Source of the DNA: Lama guanicoe
Lineage: Eukaryota
Direction of reading: 5' to 3'
Assembly (NCBI GenBank): GCA_013239625.1
Contig: MU054220.1
Span: 7,041,367-7,105,366, forward strand
Length of the DNA stretch: 64,000 nt
In this document: positions 26,201 through 39,125 of the stretch, one piece after another
Layout of the letters: each line of letters starts with the position of its first letter
Numbering within the stretch: the first letter of the stretch is position 1
Notes under the pieces: generated by a model
Told to the model about the DNA's origin: nothing
Database searches by the model: none
Seen by the model: the letters and a program-made list of their open reading frames with translations, nothing else
Translations under genes and position numbers: made by a program

Positions 26201-26584
26201 GTGCTTGGGATAAAGGATGCAAATGGCTTACCCTAAAGGAGATCCTAAATCTAGTAGCTGGAAATAGTCAGCTGAGTGAATGAGTTTTTCTTTTTAATAG
26301 AAACGTGCCTTCATCATACAGTTAGAGCAACTGCATCTCTTAATTGTGTATTTATGTAAGGAGTGCACTTTCTTCTTGAGGATAACATTCTATAGTTTTC
26401 TAACTTTCTTCTGTAATTTTACCAGGTGTTTTTCTGCTTCATCTCTACTGATATGAAATTTATTTCATCGCTGTTTTTAAAAAAATTCCTTTTAAAATTT
26501 ATCTGTAACTAACTTTTTTTTTTCAGAAGATACATGAAAGCTGAAAATTCTGAGCCAGTGACCCTTAAAAATGTCCTTATTTTG

Positions 26585-27072
26585 AACAAATGTTGGTAAG
26601 GATATGGAGAAAAGAGAACGCCTGTATACCATTGGTGGGAATGTAAATTGGTACAGCCACTATGCAAAACAGCATGGAGGTTCCTCAAAAAGCTAAAAAC
26701 AAAACGTCCATATGATCCAGGAATTCCACTCCTGGTTATATATCCAAAGAAAATGAAAACACTAATTTGAAAAGATACATGCTCCTCAGTGTTCATAGCA
26801 GCACTATTTATGACATTAAGCAACCCAAATGTCCATCAACAAATGAATGGATAAAGATGTGAAATATATATATATACACATATACAATGATATATCAGTC
26901 AGTCATAAAAAATAGTAAAATTTTGTCATTTGCAGCCATGTGGATGAACCTGTAGAGTATTATGCTTAATGAAACAAATTAGACGGAGGTAACATACAAA
27001 TACTGTATGTTATCACTTATTCCTGAAATCTAAAAAATAAGACAAATATGGAACAGATATAGAAAACAAACA
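26585..27072 (+). mobile_element. Internal L1 fragment (ORF2 end and start of 3' UTR) nested in an older antisense L1
   Basis: aacaaatgttggtaaggatatggagaaaagagaac...ggtgggaatgtaaattggtacagccactatg; no poly(A). Flanks (~26280-26584, ~27075-27700) look like old antisense L1. Confidence 0.85.
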
Positions 27073-29612
27073 GGCAATTTTGTTTATCTTGAGGAAAGAA
27101 ATATTACCCTTTCTTTCTCTCTGTTGTCTTTAGTCTCTCTCACTTAGGTGTCCTTTGGAGCCCTGAGATTTTCTGAACTAACTTCTCCCATATTTCCTAT
27201 CCCTTTTTCCCTCTTGCTCTGTGTTCTGGAAAGTTTTCCTTAACTTTTACCTTTCAGATATCCAGGTAGATAATCAAGTTCAGGATTCCACTCAAATTGT
27301 ATTGATAATCATAATTTGGGTTCATAGCATCATCACTTTTAATATATTGCTGCAATATACATATAGATAATATTCATTTAAATTAAACTTCCTTCCAGCT
27401 ATTGTTTGTTCACCTAGAGTACTGTCTTTTGCATTTGTTTTTAATTTATGGTAATCCTTAGTTGATGATTTATACACCTTTAAAGGGAAAGTCTAGACTG
27501 ATTAATGTAAGTAGTGGGCATTGGTTTCTTCTGCAGTTGGGTGAGCATTTTTCTCCTCCATTTTTCAAGTGAAAGGAGGTCATTTGCTTATAGAATGAAA
27601 CCAAAAGCTACAAGTCTCAAGAATGTCTAGTTGGGTATTGAGAACATGGAATTATCAGAGTTAGGCAATTCCAACCTCCTAGCTGGAGCATTTACCATGC
27701 ATCAATCTCAATGCCACCTTTGCATACTAATGTGGCCATTAATATTCATCTCCACGCAGTTTAAAATTTGCAGGTAAAATGAACTGGCCAGCACAGAGAG
27801 AAAAAAAAAATGCCCAGAATACAGTTCTGCACTATTTATTTCAATTACAGGTCTGAGGTAAGAGTACCAATGTCACCAATATAGGGAGTTGCAAAGGGAC
27901 ATTTAAAGGAGAGTATCATACAAGGTTTTGATGAATTCTGGAGGCAACAGTGTCTGCAAAAAGAGAATGTTCCTGGGGAAAGGTGATAGAATGGACCTTT
28001 TCTCTCGGTCATAGGAGTGTAAAATGAAATTAGGACTCAGGGAAAAGAGAATAGGGACTGATGACCCATTCAAGCATGAAATATTAAGTACTTGGGAAAT
28101 AGGAACCCAGTCTCTCCTCATTTTACTTTCCCTTCCTCTCTTAGGGAATCTCAAACCTATCGCTGAAATAAATAAGGTGGAAGCACACTTTGGGAGCATT
28201 ACGTAAGTCTGGCCATGTTACCTAGCTTCCTGCCTGAAGGCAGAACTCTAGTTAAATAATTTTGGACAGATGGATGCCCAGCCCTGGAGATCAGGGACAC
28301 TGTTAGGAGTGAGGATGGACACAGAAGCAGTACGTCAGCCTGCTTCCATCTGAAACTAGTGAATACCTCGTTTTGTACAAAGGCAGTAACCGTGCTGTTC
28401 AAATGATACGGCATGATTCCACGGTAGGAGGTGGACTTCAGGAGCCCCTTTTTCCCCTATGGTCCAGGTAGGTTGTATTTTAAGGCATGAACTTGTTACC
28501 TGGGGTCATTTTGGAGGTAAATTACTTTTATACAAGTGTGGGCAAGTAATTAAACTCAGTCGTGCTCCATTTTTGTTGCTGTGATACGTATGGCAGATGA
28601 CCTCCCCCCACACAATACACCCCAAGCTTTGTGCAGTTTCTGACATACCGTTCCCATTTTAGAGGACAGTGAATAGCATTGCACTTTACCCCTCCAATTT
28701 TGGAACCATTTGAGAGTTGAAATAGGTATCAAATATCAGCTTTACTACTGATAAAGATATATTGGAGAATAAACATATGGATTTTTTAAAATTCTCTCCA
28801 CTGCAGTCTGATTCAGCTCACTGAAGAATGAGGCTACTGATTAGATATGTACCTGGAAAGAGAAAGCTACAAGGGAAGGGTCTGCTTCATCACACTGAAC
28901 CCCAATAGCAGGGTTAGAGAGCGATGAGTATTCAGGTATTCACATAGAAGACAAACAACAGTCTTGACCTAGATACACCGACCATATTAAATCAAGATCA
29001 ACAGAAGATGTGCACACTCTCAGGGCAGGCAAGTTCTAAAGGGAGATCCTAGAAGAGGTTAAATTGAGCGAGTTCTTTCTCCCATCTCTGCCTTTCAGAT
29101 AAATTGCATTTTGTTCCATAAGATGAAGCAAATAATCTCTTCCCAACACTTCCCAAGTAATGAATGTTCTTACTGTAGATGCAAAAGTCGAAGGGCTAAA
29201 AGAAAAAGAAAAATATTTTCCCTACGTTTTCTCCCTATGACTCAAGCTATAGCGCTGTCACGTTAGAAAGGATAGTAGAGCACGAGCGAGGATGACAAGA
29301 TTACAGAGACATCGCTAAGTATTATCTAGAATAGTACTTTGACTATGGTGAGTTACACATGAATTACAACTACCTTACAGCTCTTGGTGAAGAACCACTT
29401 GCTTGTCTAAGCAAAAAGAATGCTATCAGGTGATGTTTCATAATCATATTGATAAAGCACGAGGGAAAGATTCTCCATTAAAAACATTTAAGTTGGAAGA
29501 GAATAAAATGATAAAGATAGAAGATCCATTAATCTCAGATCCTACTTTCTAGCACTGCTCATTAAAGAATAACCAGGCTTCCAGAGGTCTTTGCTGTTTA
29601 TGGCTGTAAGAT

Positions 29613-30830
29613 TTTTAACATTTTTATTGAGACATAGTTCATATGCCATAAAATTGACCCTTTTAAAGTGTACAATTCAGAGATTTTAGTATATTCACAG
29701 AGTTGTGTAACCACCACCTAAACCTAAATTTTGAACATTTTTATCACCTCCAAAATAGTTGTTGTGCCAATTAGCAGTTATTCCCTGCCAAACCAGTCTT
29801 AGGTGGCCACTAATCTATTTTATTCCTGTGTAGATTTTCCTATTCTGTACATTTCGTATAATATGCAGGTATACACTTTTCATTTGCTTCTGGATATGGT
29901 TTGCTAGTGTTTTGTTAACATTTTATACATTTTTTTTCATAAAGGATATTGATCTGTAGTTTTTCCCTTGGAATATCTTTTTCAGGTTTTGGTATCAGGG
30001 TAATATGGAGTTCTAAAATGGGATGGGAAATTGTCCCTCTCCTTGTAATTTTAGAAAACTTTCTTATCAATAGAGTTGGCTGTAGTTTTTTTTTTCAGTG
30101 TCTGGTAGAATTCACCAGCCATATGGGCTGGGCTTTTATTCATGGGCAGTTTTAAATTATTAATTCAACCTCTTTAGTTGTTATGGTTCAATTCAGACTT
30201 GACTTTTATGTCATTCTAGTAGTTTGTATTCTTTAGGAATTTGTCCATTTCATTAGCATAGCTATTCGTGTTGTTCCCACAAAATCTTCATTGTTTCTGC
30301 CAGATTAGTAGTGACATCCATCTTTCATTCTTGATTTCAGTAATTAGACCCTTCTCTCTCCTTTTTAAAGTAAATATTTGTGAATTTTGTTAAACTTTGC
30401 AAAGAATCAGTCTTTTGATTCCTTAATTTTTTCAATTTTTTATTTATTTTACATATTTCTGTTCCAATCTTTATCATTGTCTTCCTTCTGCTTACTTTGA
30501 GTTTAGTTTCTTTAGGTGTTAGTATATTGATTCATTTTTTTAAAAAAAATACAGACCTTATATTTAGACTTTCTTTGAGCACAGCTTTTCCTGCATCCCA
30601 CTGATTTGGTATGTTGTATATTCATTTTCACTTATCTTAAGGAATTTTCTAATTTTCTTGTAATTTTTTTCTTTGACCCAATGAATCTCAGGAGTGTGTT
30701 GTTTAATTTCAACACATTTGTGAATTTCCCAAATTTCCTTCTGTTGTTGATTTCTAGTTTAACTCCATTGTGGTTGGAGATCATACTTTGTATGACTTCA
30801 ACCCTTAAAATATAGTGAGGTATGCTTTAA
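29613..30830 (-). mobile_element. L1 (L1MB-like) 3' end joined to an ORF2 segment
   Basis: tttttattgagacatagttcatatgccataaaattgacccttttaaagtgtacaattcag, then from ~29875 ORF2 antisense (ggtttgctagtgttttgtt...ggttttggtatcagggtaat...ggagtgtgttgtttaatttc). Confidence 0.88.
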
Positions 30831-31889
30831 GGCCTTATAGCTATAATATTTTGAGTTTTATAAATGTGCAATTCTTCCTAACAGGCTTCATGACTGTTTT
30901 TAACTAAATGATTTCAAACTAAAGACAATGCCAGTATACTCTTATTTATACATGCATCAGAAAACCTGTTCCCTTAGTTCAGTCCTGAAGAATAGGTTTG
31001 GGCAAGTCACTTAAGCACAGTGCAACTTTGTTTCCCCAGAATCTGTAGCTAATATTTATATCTATATTAATAATAACATATTAAATAATTAATGTTTGTA
31101 CTTTATGCTATTATTTATATGTACATATATACCCATACATATATATATTATATTATGTACACTTCTTTTTCTTTTTCTTGACGAAACAGAAATATATTTT
31201 ATTTGTTTAATCCTAATTAACAGCCAAACTGTTTAACACATATACACAAAAGCTATGGACTGGAAGTTCATTTACATCAATATTTTTCCTGTTATCTCTA
31301 CTGAGCATGAAGGTTAGATATTATTAATTAACTAAGCAAGCATAGATAGAGACAAAAATAGTTGGGGGAGGGAACAGCGTATTTTATGTATGGGTCTTCT
31401 CCATGACCTCTGTCCTACATCTGCACACATGTAATAATGAAATGTAGCTATAATAATAATTTATTGTTGGAGTCATTCTGTTTCTGATGATGAATACAAT
31501 TAGTGGGACATATCAAAAATAATGCCCCGTATAAGAAGTATACACCCATAAGGATAATTAACCAAAGTTTATTGAAGACCCAAGGTATCTGTCAAAGTGA
31601 AGATTAAACTTGAATTTCATCCTGCTCATGTCTCTCCGGGTGAGTTTGGAGAGCTTACCCCTTAGGTGAAAATATCTCTCTCCAGATAATTAGCTTTCAC
31701 TGAGCTTCACTGCTGTTTGCTTTCTCTTCTCGAGTGCACCTACTGTATTTATACGGCTCAAATGTGTAATTTAAGGTAGTGCTGCTCCCTTTTCACCAGC
31801 GATGTCATCAAAGTTTTACTAGCTAAGGGCATTACTCCCCATCCACGCCTAGAGTGGAGCATGTGTTCGTGGAAGCAGAGACATAATTG

Positions 31890-32070
31890 GAAGTCACAGG
31901 CACCTGGCTAGGAAAGTCGTTGTCAAAACCCGATTTTGCTCTTAGCTAAACAAGTGATCCTGGACAATTTCTTTAACTTTTGGGGCCTCGGTTTTCCCTA
32001 TCTCAAAAATAAAGGGTTTCGATGAGATTATCACTAAAAACCCACTAAGAATTTTTTGACTCCGTGACAG
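31890..32070 (+). mobile_element. MIR/MIR3 relic
   Basis: gtgatcctggacaatttctttaactttttggggcctcggttttccctatctcaaaaataaaggg. Confidence 0.7.
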
Positions 32071-32870
32071 TAAATGAGAGTTGGAAAGAAAGGATTCCTC
32101 TCTTTACTTCTGCTTTAAAAGGAACCTGCCTTCAAGAATCCAAAGGGCGTGAATTGTTTGGTTGGCTAGTTGGTTGCTATTTTGGGTTTTTTTGGTTTTT
32201 TTGTTTTTCAGTTTTGGTTCAGTGAGTAGCAAACACCTCCCACCACAACAGCAAACAAATAAACCAAAAGGCTCGGTCCAATATTTAGAATAATTAGAGC
32301 AGAGTGCCCCGGAAGCGAAGAGGGAGGTAAGACCAAAGGCGTGTGGGAGTTTGAGTGGCACTTGTCTCTTGTGGATTTCTCTAGAAGGACTGCAAACAGC
32401 TGAAGTAGGGTCATACGGAACGGCAGTGTTAGCTGATGGCAGGAGTGTCTCGAATGCATTTATTTGTCACTGGTTTGGTCTCTGGCAGGCAAGCTCATAC
32501 AGCAAAACTACCAAAATGGATCTACATTTTCCACCTGCTATTATGGTTGAAATCGTACAAAAGCCTTCACTTCTAGGCAGAAACTTTTCCTCAGATGAGA
32601 AAATAATAGAGAGTTCTAGCTCATAGTGCTTACTTTCCGAATAACTCAATTGTCCTGAGTCTGAACTTCAGTACCTAGTGGTTATTTCTCAAGCCATGTG
32701 GGACATTCTTTTGTTTGCGCCTTGACAAAAATATCGACAAACAACAAGACCCCTGATTTGCTGAAAGAGCCATGCTATATAAAGTTAAGTGGATATTGCC
32801 AATGGTTCTTTGAACTCAGGCAATTTAATCCTGATAAATAAATTCATCTAAAAGCAAATAAAATACATAC

Positions 32871-32942
32871 AAACATCACTATGCTGTACACCAGAAATTA
32901 ACACAACACTGTAAATGAACTGTATTTCAACAACAAAAAAAT
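32871..32942 (+). mobile_element. Very short L1 3' terminus
   Basis: atcactatgctgtacaccagaaattaacacaacactgtaaatgaactgtatttcaacaacaaaaaa matches the 3' ends at 15820-15885 and 17950-18005. Confidence 0.8.
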
Positions 32943-33189
32943 GTTAATAATTTCAGAAATACATGTAAAAAACTAGACAAATGAGAGCTGGTATGGAGTC
33001 CTTTTCTTTTTTTGACTAGTTTTGTTTCACTATAATCAGCTATATAACTGACATTGGCTAGAACTACCTCAATTAACTTAAATGCAATACACTTATTAAT
33101 CAAAAAATACTTAACTGAGGGCTCATTAGGTAAGGCAATCCTGATCCTTATAATTCTAAAATCATTTTAACATTAATGATTGAAAATGT

Positions 33190-33432
33190 TTGGGCAGAAG
33201 TTATGAGAACAGGCTCTGGCATTAGCATGCCTGGATTCCTTTCAAGGTTTATCACTTACTGTGTGTATACGTTGAGAAACGTATGTAATCCCTTTGGTCT
33301 TCAGTCTTCTCACCTGCAGAAATAAGTTAACAAAGCTGTCTAACTCATATCATTGACGGGAAGACAAATTATTTAATGTAAAGTGTTTCAACACTGCCTG
33401 ACACACTCAATAAATGTTAGCTACTGTCATTC
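33190..33432 (+). mobile_element. MIR SINE, near full length
   Basis: gttatgagaacaggctctggcattagcatgcctggattcc...tcagtcttctcacctgcagaaat...acactcaataaatgttagcta. Confidence 0.85.
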
Positions 33433-33599
33433 ATCTTTGTATCCAATGTATGGCCTTCCTAAGTAATTTTCCCCCAGTAAAGATTTAAGCAGAATTTGTT
33501 GTTTTGGATGGAATTTAACTGAACATCATTGTTAGGGAACTAAACTTTCTATAATATAAATTTTATAACAAAATTTCAGATTTTTGTATGTTATTTTCT

Positions 33600-34252
33600 T
33601 TTTAAAATATATTTTTAAAATTAAAGTGTAGTTGATTTACAATGTATTATTTTCTGGTGTTTAGCAAAGCAATTCAGTTATATATATATATATAAAAATC
33701 TTTTTCAGATTTTTTTCCCATTATTGGCTATTACAAGACATTGGGTACAGCTCCCTGTACTATACAGTAGGACTTTATAATTTATCTATTTTATGTATAG
33801 TAGTTTGTACCTACTAATCCCAAACTCCCAATTTTCCTCCTACCCTCTTTTCCCTTTGACAACCATAAGTTTGCTTTCTATGCTTGTTAGTCGCACTCTG
33901 TTTTGTAAAAAAGTTTATTTGTGTCGTATTTTAGATTCCACATATAAGTAATATCATATGATATTTGTCTCTGTCTGACTTATTTTAGTTAGTATAATAA
34001 TCTCTAGGTCCATCCATGTTGCTGCAAATGGCATTATTTTATTTTTTATGGCTGTGTAATATCCACTGTGTATATATACCACATCTTCTTTTTCCAGTCA
34101 TCTATTGATGGACATTTAGTTTGCTTCCATGTCTTGGCTATTGTAAATAGTGCTGCTGTGAACATTGGGGTGCATGTGTATTTTTGAATTATAGTTTTCT
34201 CCAGATATATACCCCAGAGTGGGATTTCTGGATCATATGGCAACTCTGTTTT
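33600..34252 (-). mobile_element. 5'-truncated L1 3' end
   Basis: aattaaagtgtagttgatttacaatg...tctctaggtccatccatgttgctgcaaatggc. ORF 34046-34243 (PYDPEIPLWGIY...[23 protein letters not shown]) is the L1 ORF2 C-terminus. Confidence 0.95.
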
Positions 34253-35519
34253 ATATTATTCTTTTGGAATGATACCAATGTACCATTTAATTGTGAAGGG
34301 TGGTTAATGATGCGTAGAATATGCTTACTCTCGGAACGTGACTGGAAATGGAAAGATGGTTGACAAAACATTGTGCTAGATCCCAATTTTTATTTTTTCT
34401 GTTGTTACCATAGCAGTGGACATCTCATAGACATTCATTAAGAGTGAAATGCTAACATTTTAATTTACTTAATATTTAGCGACTTGTCGATGAGTGATAA
34501 AGTTCTATTGCGTAAAAACTTGTCTGTCTCCTCCAAGTGCTTCACTGAGAATGGCCATATGACCATTGGGGGAGAGGGCTGCCTGGTGAATTTTTGACAT
34601 ATCTTGGAATCTAGACTGTGAAAGTGCTGATGCTTAGTTTGAGAACATTTCCCTGGGATAGATGAAGAATTAAAGTATGAGCGTCATCTGTAACATCATT
34701 CTGCAAGACAAAGCAATGCTGGTGTAGGAATTTGCCTATTCAAAAACCCAACAGTTCTTACCAAGAACAGTAATTTACTTGAGGTCTCTATTCCTAATAG
34801 TAACCTCCGCTTTATCACACAGAGTTTTAGGGACAGATTCAGGGTAATATCTTGTTTTATGTCACAGTTGTTCCAACTACTGGGAAAATTCCTATGGTAC
34901 CTGGACACCAAAATATAACTTCCTGGTGCAGGAGGGCCATTGCTGTTCTTTCCCTGGTCTGTAAAAGTACTCAAAGTTCAGACTTCAGCCAGTTTCCTGA
35001 TTTCTCTTCAAGCTGAACAAGCCCTTTTTTGTGAGTCTCAGGCTGCCAACCACAAATATGCCTGTGAAGAAATTGAACATACACATAAAATAAGAAATTC
35101 ATTTCAAATGCAATAACCTTAAACATGTGTAACAATTTTGTTCTGGTGTTTCATGCCTCTGCATTCACATGCATTCTTTAGACAAGTAATTTACTTACTC
35201 TTTTTAGATCTCAAAATTTTGCATCTATAAAATGGGGTTTCAAACAGAGTGTAGACTCTTTGACCTGGAACATATACTGATGGTCACCTAACCCCCACTC
35301 CTTTCTAAATTGAGATGTAAGACCAGAGAAATAAAGGAAGCTTCACAAGGTCACCCAGTGAGTTATCAGCAGAGCTGATACTGAAATACAAAAGTTCTCA
35401 GCAGAAATGCAGTATCATATCTGTTGTTCAAAGCTTGTTTGATGTCCACAGTCACTATTAGATCTAAAATTTGCAGAATATCCTTCAACTCTGTCTCCCT
35501 GGAGCCCTGTATTTCATCC

Positions 35520-35782
35520 CTTGAGACAGAGCTTAAAGGTCAAGTTCTTACTGAAACTTTCCCTGGTACCTTTAAGCATTGATAGTGGATTCCATCTCTG
35601 CTTCTCTAGTATTTGATTCTTATCTCTATCATAGCATTTAGCTTATCACATTCCAATTATTTATATATTGGTCTATCTCCCCAGTTGCACTTGGAGTGTT
35701 TTTACTGTCTAAATCTTTGGGGTCTATTTGGTATCTGACTTGGTAGTTGGTGCTTAAAATGTTTTCTGAATGAATGAATAAA
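35520..35782 (+). mobile_element. L2 3' end relic
   Basis: gaaactttccctgg...tagttggtgcttaaaatgttttctgaatgaatgaat. Confidence 0.7.
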
Positions 35783-36269
35783 AGATGTTCTTACTTGTGT
35801 CATACACTTGGTATTTTCCTAGCTCTCCTTGCCATGACCACAAACCTTCCCTGAGAACTCATAACAGGAGTCAAATACACTCATTAAGTTCGTAATGAGG
35901 TACTTTGAACTTTTGGAATGAGTCTTCCAATGAAACCGTATTGGATAATTCATCTCTTTGTGAAACACAGTGGACTGCTGTGTTTTTTAAAGAAAATTGA
36001 TCTACCATTACTTTTCACAATACTTCCAATTTCTGGAAAATTTTTACGTTCATAGTCTCCTTTGGTCTTCACAACAACCCTGGAATATAGGCGGCCACAA
36101 ACACTGTGAGAGCCTTCTCACACACGAGTTCAGTAAGATGCAGAAAATCAGGATACAATTTTGGATTGAGATTTTCTGTCTCCAAATTTAGTTCTTGTTC
36201 AGTTGCAAATGGTGCCCTTTTTACACATTTGAACTCTCCAGAAAGACAAATCCTCAGATGAATCTGTTT

Positions 36270-36800
36270 TCTGAATCACTAAAGGCTGTTTGAGTTGCAA
36301 ATGGTAGAAACTCAGCTCATAATTTGTTATGTCCCCAAATATAGTCTAGAGATACAGCTTCAGGCACCCCTAGTTTTAGCACCTCAAACTAGGTTACCAG
36401 AAATAATTAATTTGCTTCATCCATCTTTTGGACCAGTTTCTCTCTGAGTTGGCTTTAAAATCAAGCGTTCTCTCCGCTTGGAAATTATAAAATGACTGTG
36501 AGCAGCCACAGAGTTATGACAACTTGGCAACCCAAAGAGTGAACAAATATCCAAGATCTGACAGCCAGTGGTTTAACCCGAGTCATGTGTTCATCATGGA
36601 CACAGTCACTGCAGTTATAAGAATAGAGTCCTGTGATTGATGCCAAGGGGATAAGAGATTCATTCCTGAAGCCTGCTGTGACCTCAAACCCCAAAGAATG
36701 ACCTGGAGTAAAAGTGGAGGCATGCTTTCCCAACGAACACGGAAGTGCCACTCGTAGAAGATGAGGGAGTGAATACCGAGCTGATGAAAACAACAGCTTC
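36270..36800 (-). mobile_element. Old MaLR LTR (MLT1I/J-like)
   Basis: gagttgcaaatggtagaaactcagctc...cagcttcaggcacc...ttctctctgagttggcttt...agtcatgtgttcatcatggacacagtcactgcag. Confidence 0.6.
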
Positions 36801-37039
36801 TAACTAGAGGATCTTTGAAAATTTCAGACGTTATCAGCTGGAATCCTTCTGACTTTCTTGGAGATCACCTGTTGGCGGGTAGATCATTCCAATAAGTGTT
36901 AAGAACTTGTGGGTTGGTAACTTGACTTTGAAGTCAAAAAATCACCTTGTTCAAACAGGAAATCTGAGGAAACCTATCTTATCTATTTGCTGTGCTAATC
37001 AAAACAGAAAACAATTAAAAAAAAAAAACTACCAGCTAA

Positions 37040-37343
37040 GGGACTGCAGCTGTGCACAAGAGGAAGCGACTCCCCTCGGCTGGTGCGTCATCAGCAGAAC
37101 TGAGTTGTGCAGCATCTATTATTTTTAGCTGTAAAGAAGGTGGAGAGAACACAGCTGGATTCCCAGATCACAGCAAGAGCTATAATATAATCACCATTTA
37201 TTAGTATCTTCATTACTCTGTGTGAATAAATAATACTCCTCTATAGGAAAATCCTTCTGTGACTTGAAAAGCCAGGCAGGTGGATTAAGGCATCATCAAT
37301 AGAGAATGAATATGGAAATCCCTCCACGTCTTTCAAGGTAATT
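37040..37343 (+). promoter_or_regulatory. Candidate MEF2/E-box promoter or enhancer with possible first exon
   Basis: CAGCTG at 37047 and 37152, TGCGTCA at 37084, MEF2-consensus TTATTTTTAG at 37119, TATA-like at 37181, ATGs at 37306/37312, donor AAG|GTAATT at 37337/8. Confidence 0.4.
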
Positions 37344-37769
37344 TTCAAGAGCACAATAGAATTTTAAAGGTATGAGGGAGTGTGAGAAATTCACCAAAGG
37401 TGGAGAATTATCTTGGCCTTTTTAAAATCACTGTTAGGATTGAGGTTGAAGATGCAGCATCCATATACATATTCCACCGTAATTACACTTCTGTGGTAAG
37501 TTTTTTTCTAAATATGATGGATTTTTGGTTTACACAGATCTTATAGAAAACCGGTTTGGAACTTAGGTGAAAAATGTATGAGGAGATAAAGAACTAAAAG
37601 TGAACATTTTGTGATTTAGCGTAACATACATCTGGGGTCACTGATTCGTTCATTCAATTTTTTTTTTTTTTCGCTCAGCACCTGTTCTAACACCAGGCAA
37701 CGTTCTAGGTGCTGGGGATGCAGAAGAGAATGTAACAGACACCATCACTTTCTTCATGCAACTTACATG

Positions 37770-37987
37770 CTTCAGAAAACTTTTTTTTGTAAAGACCTAC
37801 ATGTAAATAATTTTGACTTTGCAAGCCAGGCAGTCTGTGTAGCAGGTATTCAGTTCTGTCCTTGTAGTGCTAAAGTAGCCATCAGATATCCACAAACAAT
37901 GAGTGTGCTTGCATTCAAATAAAACTTTATTTAAAATAACAGGCAACAGGATATATTTGGCCTATGGCCATAGTTTGCTAACCCTTG
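37770..37987 (+). mobile_element. MER58A hAT-Charlie MITE, next to an L2 tail (37640-37770)
   Basis: aaacttttttttgtaaag...cttgtagtgctaaagtagccat...caaataaaactttattt...atttggcctatggccatagtttgctaacccttg follows the MER58A consensus. Confidence 0.88.
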
Positions 37988-38654
37988 GTCTAGGGGGATG
38001 CTGTTTGAGGCTCTGCCGTATAAGTAGCTGTTATTGATTCTTCCAAGTTTGTTACCGCATTTTAAATATTATTAAAGAGCAGCTACTTTACAGAGATACT
38101 GCAAGGGTAAATGGAATAATGCATAAAACAAGTCCTAAAACTCTTGATGGGAACTTAATAAATAGCATCTAATGCTGAGCCTTATGTCCTCATTTTATAC
38201 ATTCAGAAACCAGTAAACTAGGGAGTCCCATAAACAGTGCATTCTTTGCTTCTTCGCCAATGTGTTGTTTCTAGTTCCCAGCTCTTTGAGTTCTCTGAAT
38301 AAAAAGGTGACAACTTATAATATAACCCTGTAGGTTTGAAGAACCAGGATCATTTTGATCCCCATCTAATTTCCAAAGTATATGGATAAACATTATTTAA
38401 TAAGTAGATATTCACTTTGATTATTAATATGGCCTTGGCAAAAGCAAAATAAGAAAAAGTCGGATTCTTCTTTTTTATTTAATAAATTATGAGTAGTTAG
38501 AACACCAATTTAAGAATATTACCTGGTCGGGCAAGGAATATAGGCATGTGTGATGGGTCTGAATTCTCTGGGTGAGGGACCGTGGAGCATACAAACGTAC
38601 ACAAATGATTCTCCTTAGCCAACTGGCAGACTCTGGTCAGACAGACAAGATGTT

Positions 38655-39125
38655 TGTTAGCTTATTCAGTACGTTTACTGAGAGCTCGCCATTAGCCAGG
38701 TTTTGTTCTAGGCACTGAGGACAGAGCAGTGAACAAAAAAGGCAAATACCCCTGCCTTCCTGGAGCCCAAATTCCAGTAAAGTACAGACGGCAAATACAG
38801 ACGGCAAACAGAATGCACAAGTAAAACACAGGGTATGTGTGTGGACAAGAACAAAGGGGAGAAAATGACTTGGGAGAATTTGCTTCTAGCGGATAGTGGT
38901 TGTGGTCGTTCTTGTTTTTTAAGGATGGGGAAGGAAGGACTTCCTGAGAAGGTGACATTTGAGAAAATATCTGCAGAAGATGAGAGAGTGGGGCTTGGGG
39001 ACCACTTGGGGAAGAGCAGACCAGGTGAAGCAAACAAGCGTAAGGGCTCAGAAGTGGGAGCATGGCTGGTTTCAAGAAGCAGCAGGAAGGCTGTTCCATC
39101 AGGAGGCTCAGAGGGAGCTAAGGGG
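38655..39125 (-). mobile_element. L2a relic
   Basis: tttactgagagctcgccattagccaggttttgttctaggcactgaggacagagcagtgaacaaaa...ttcctgagaaggtgacatttgag. Accounts for the ORFs at 38692-39236. Confidence 0.88.
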
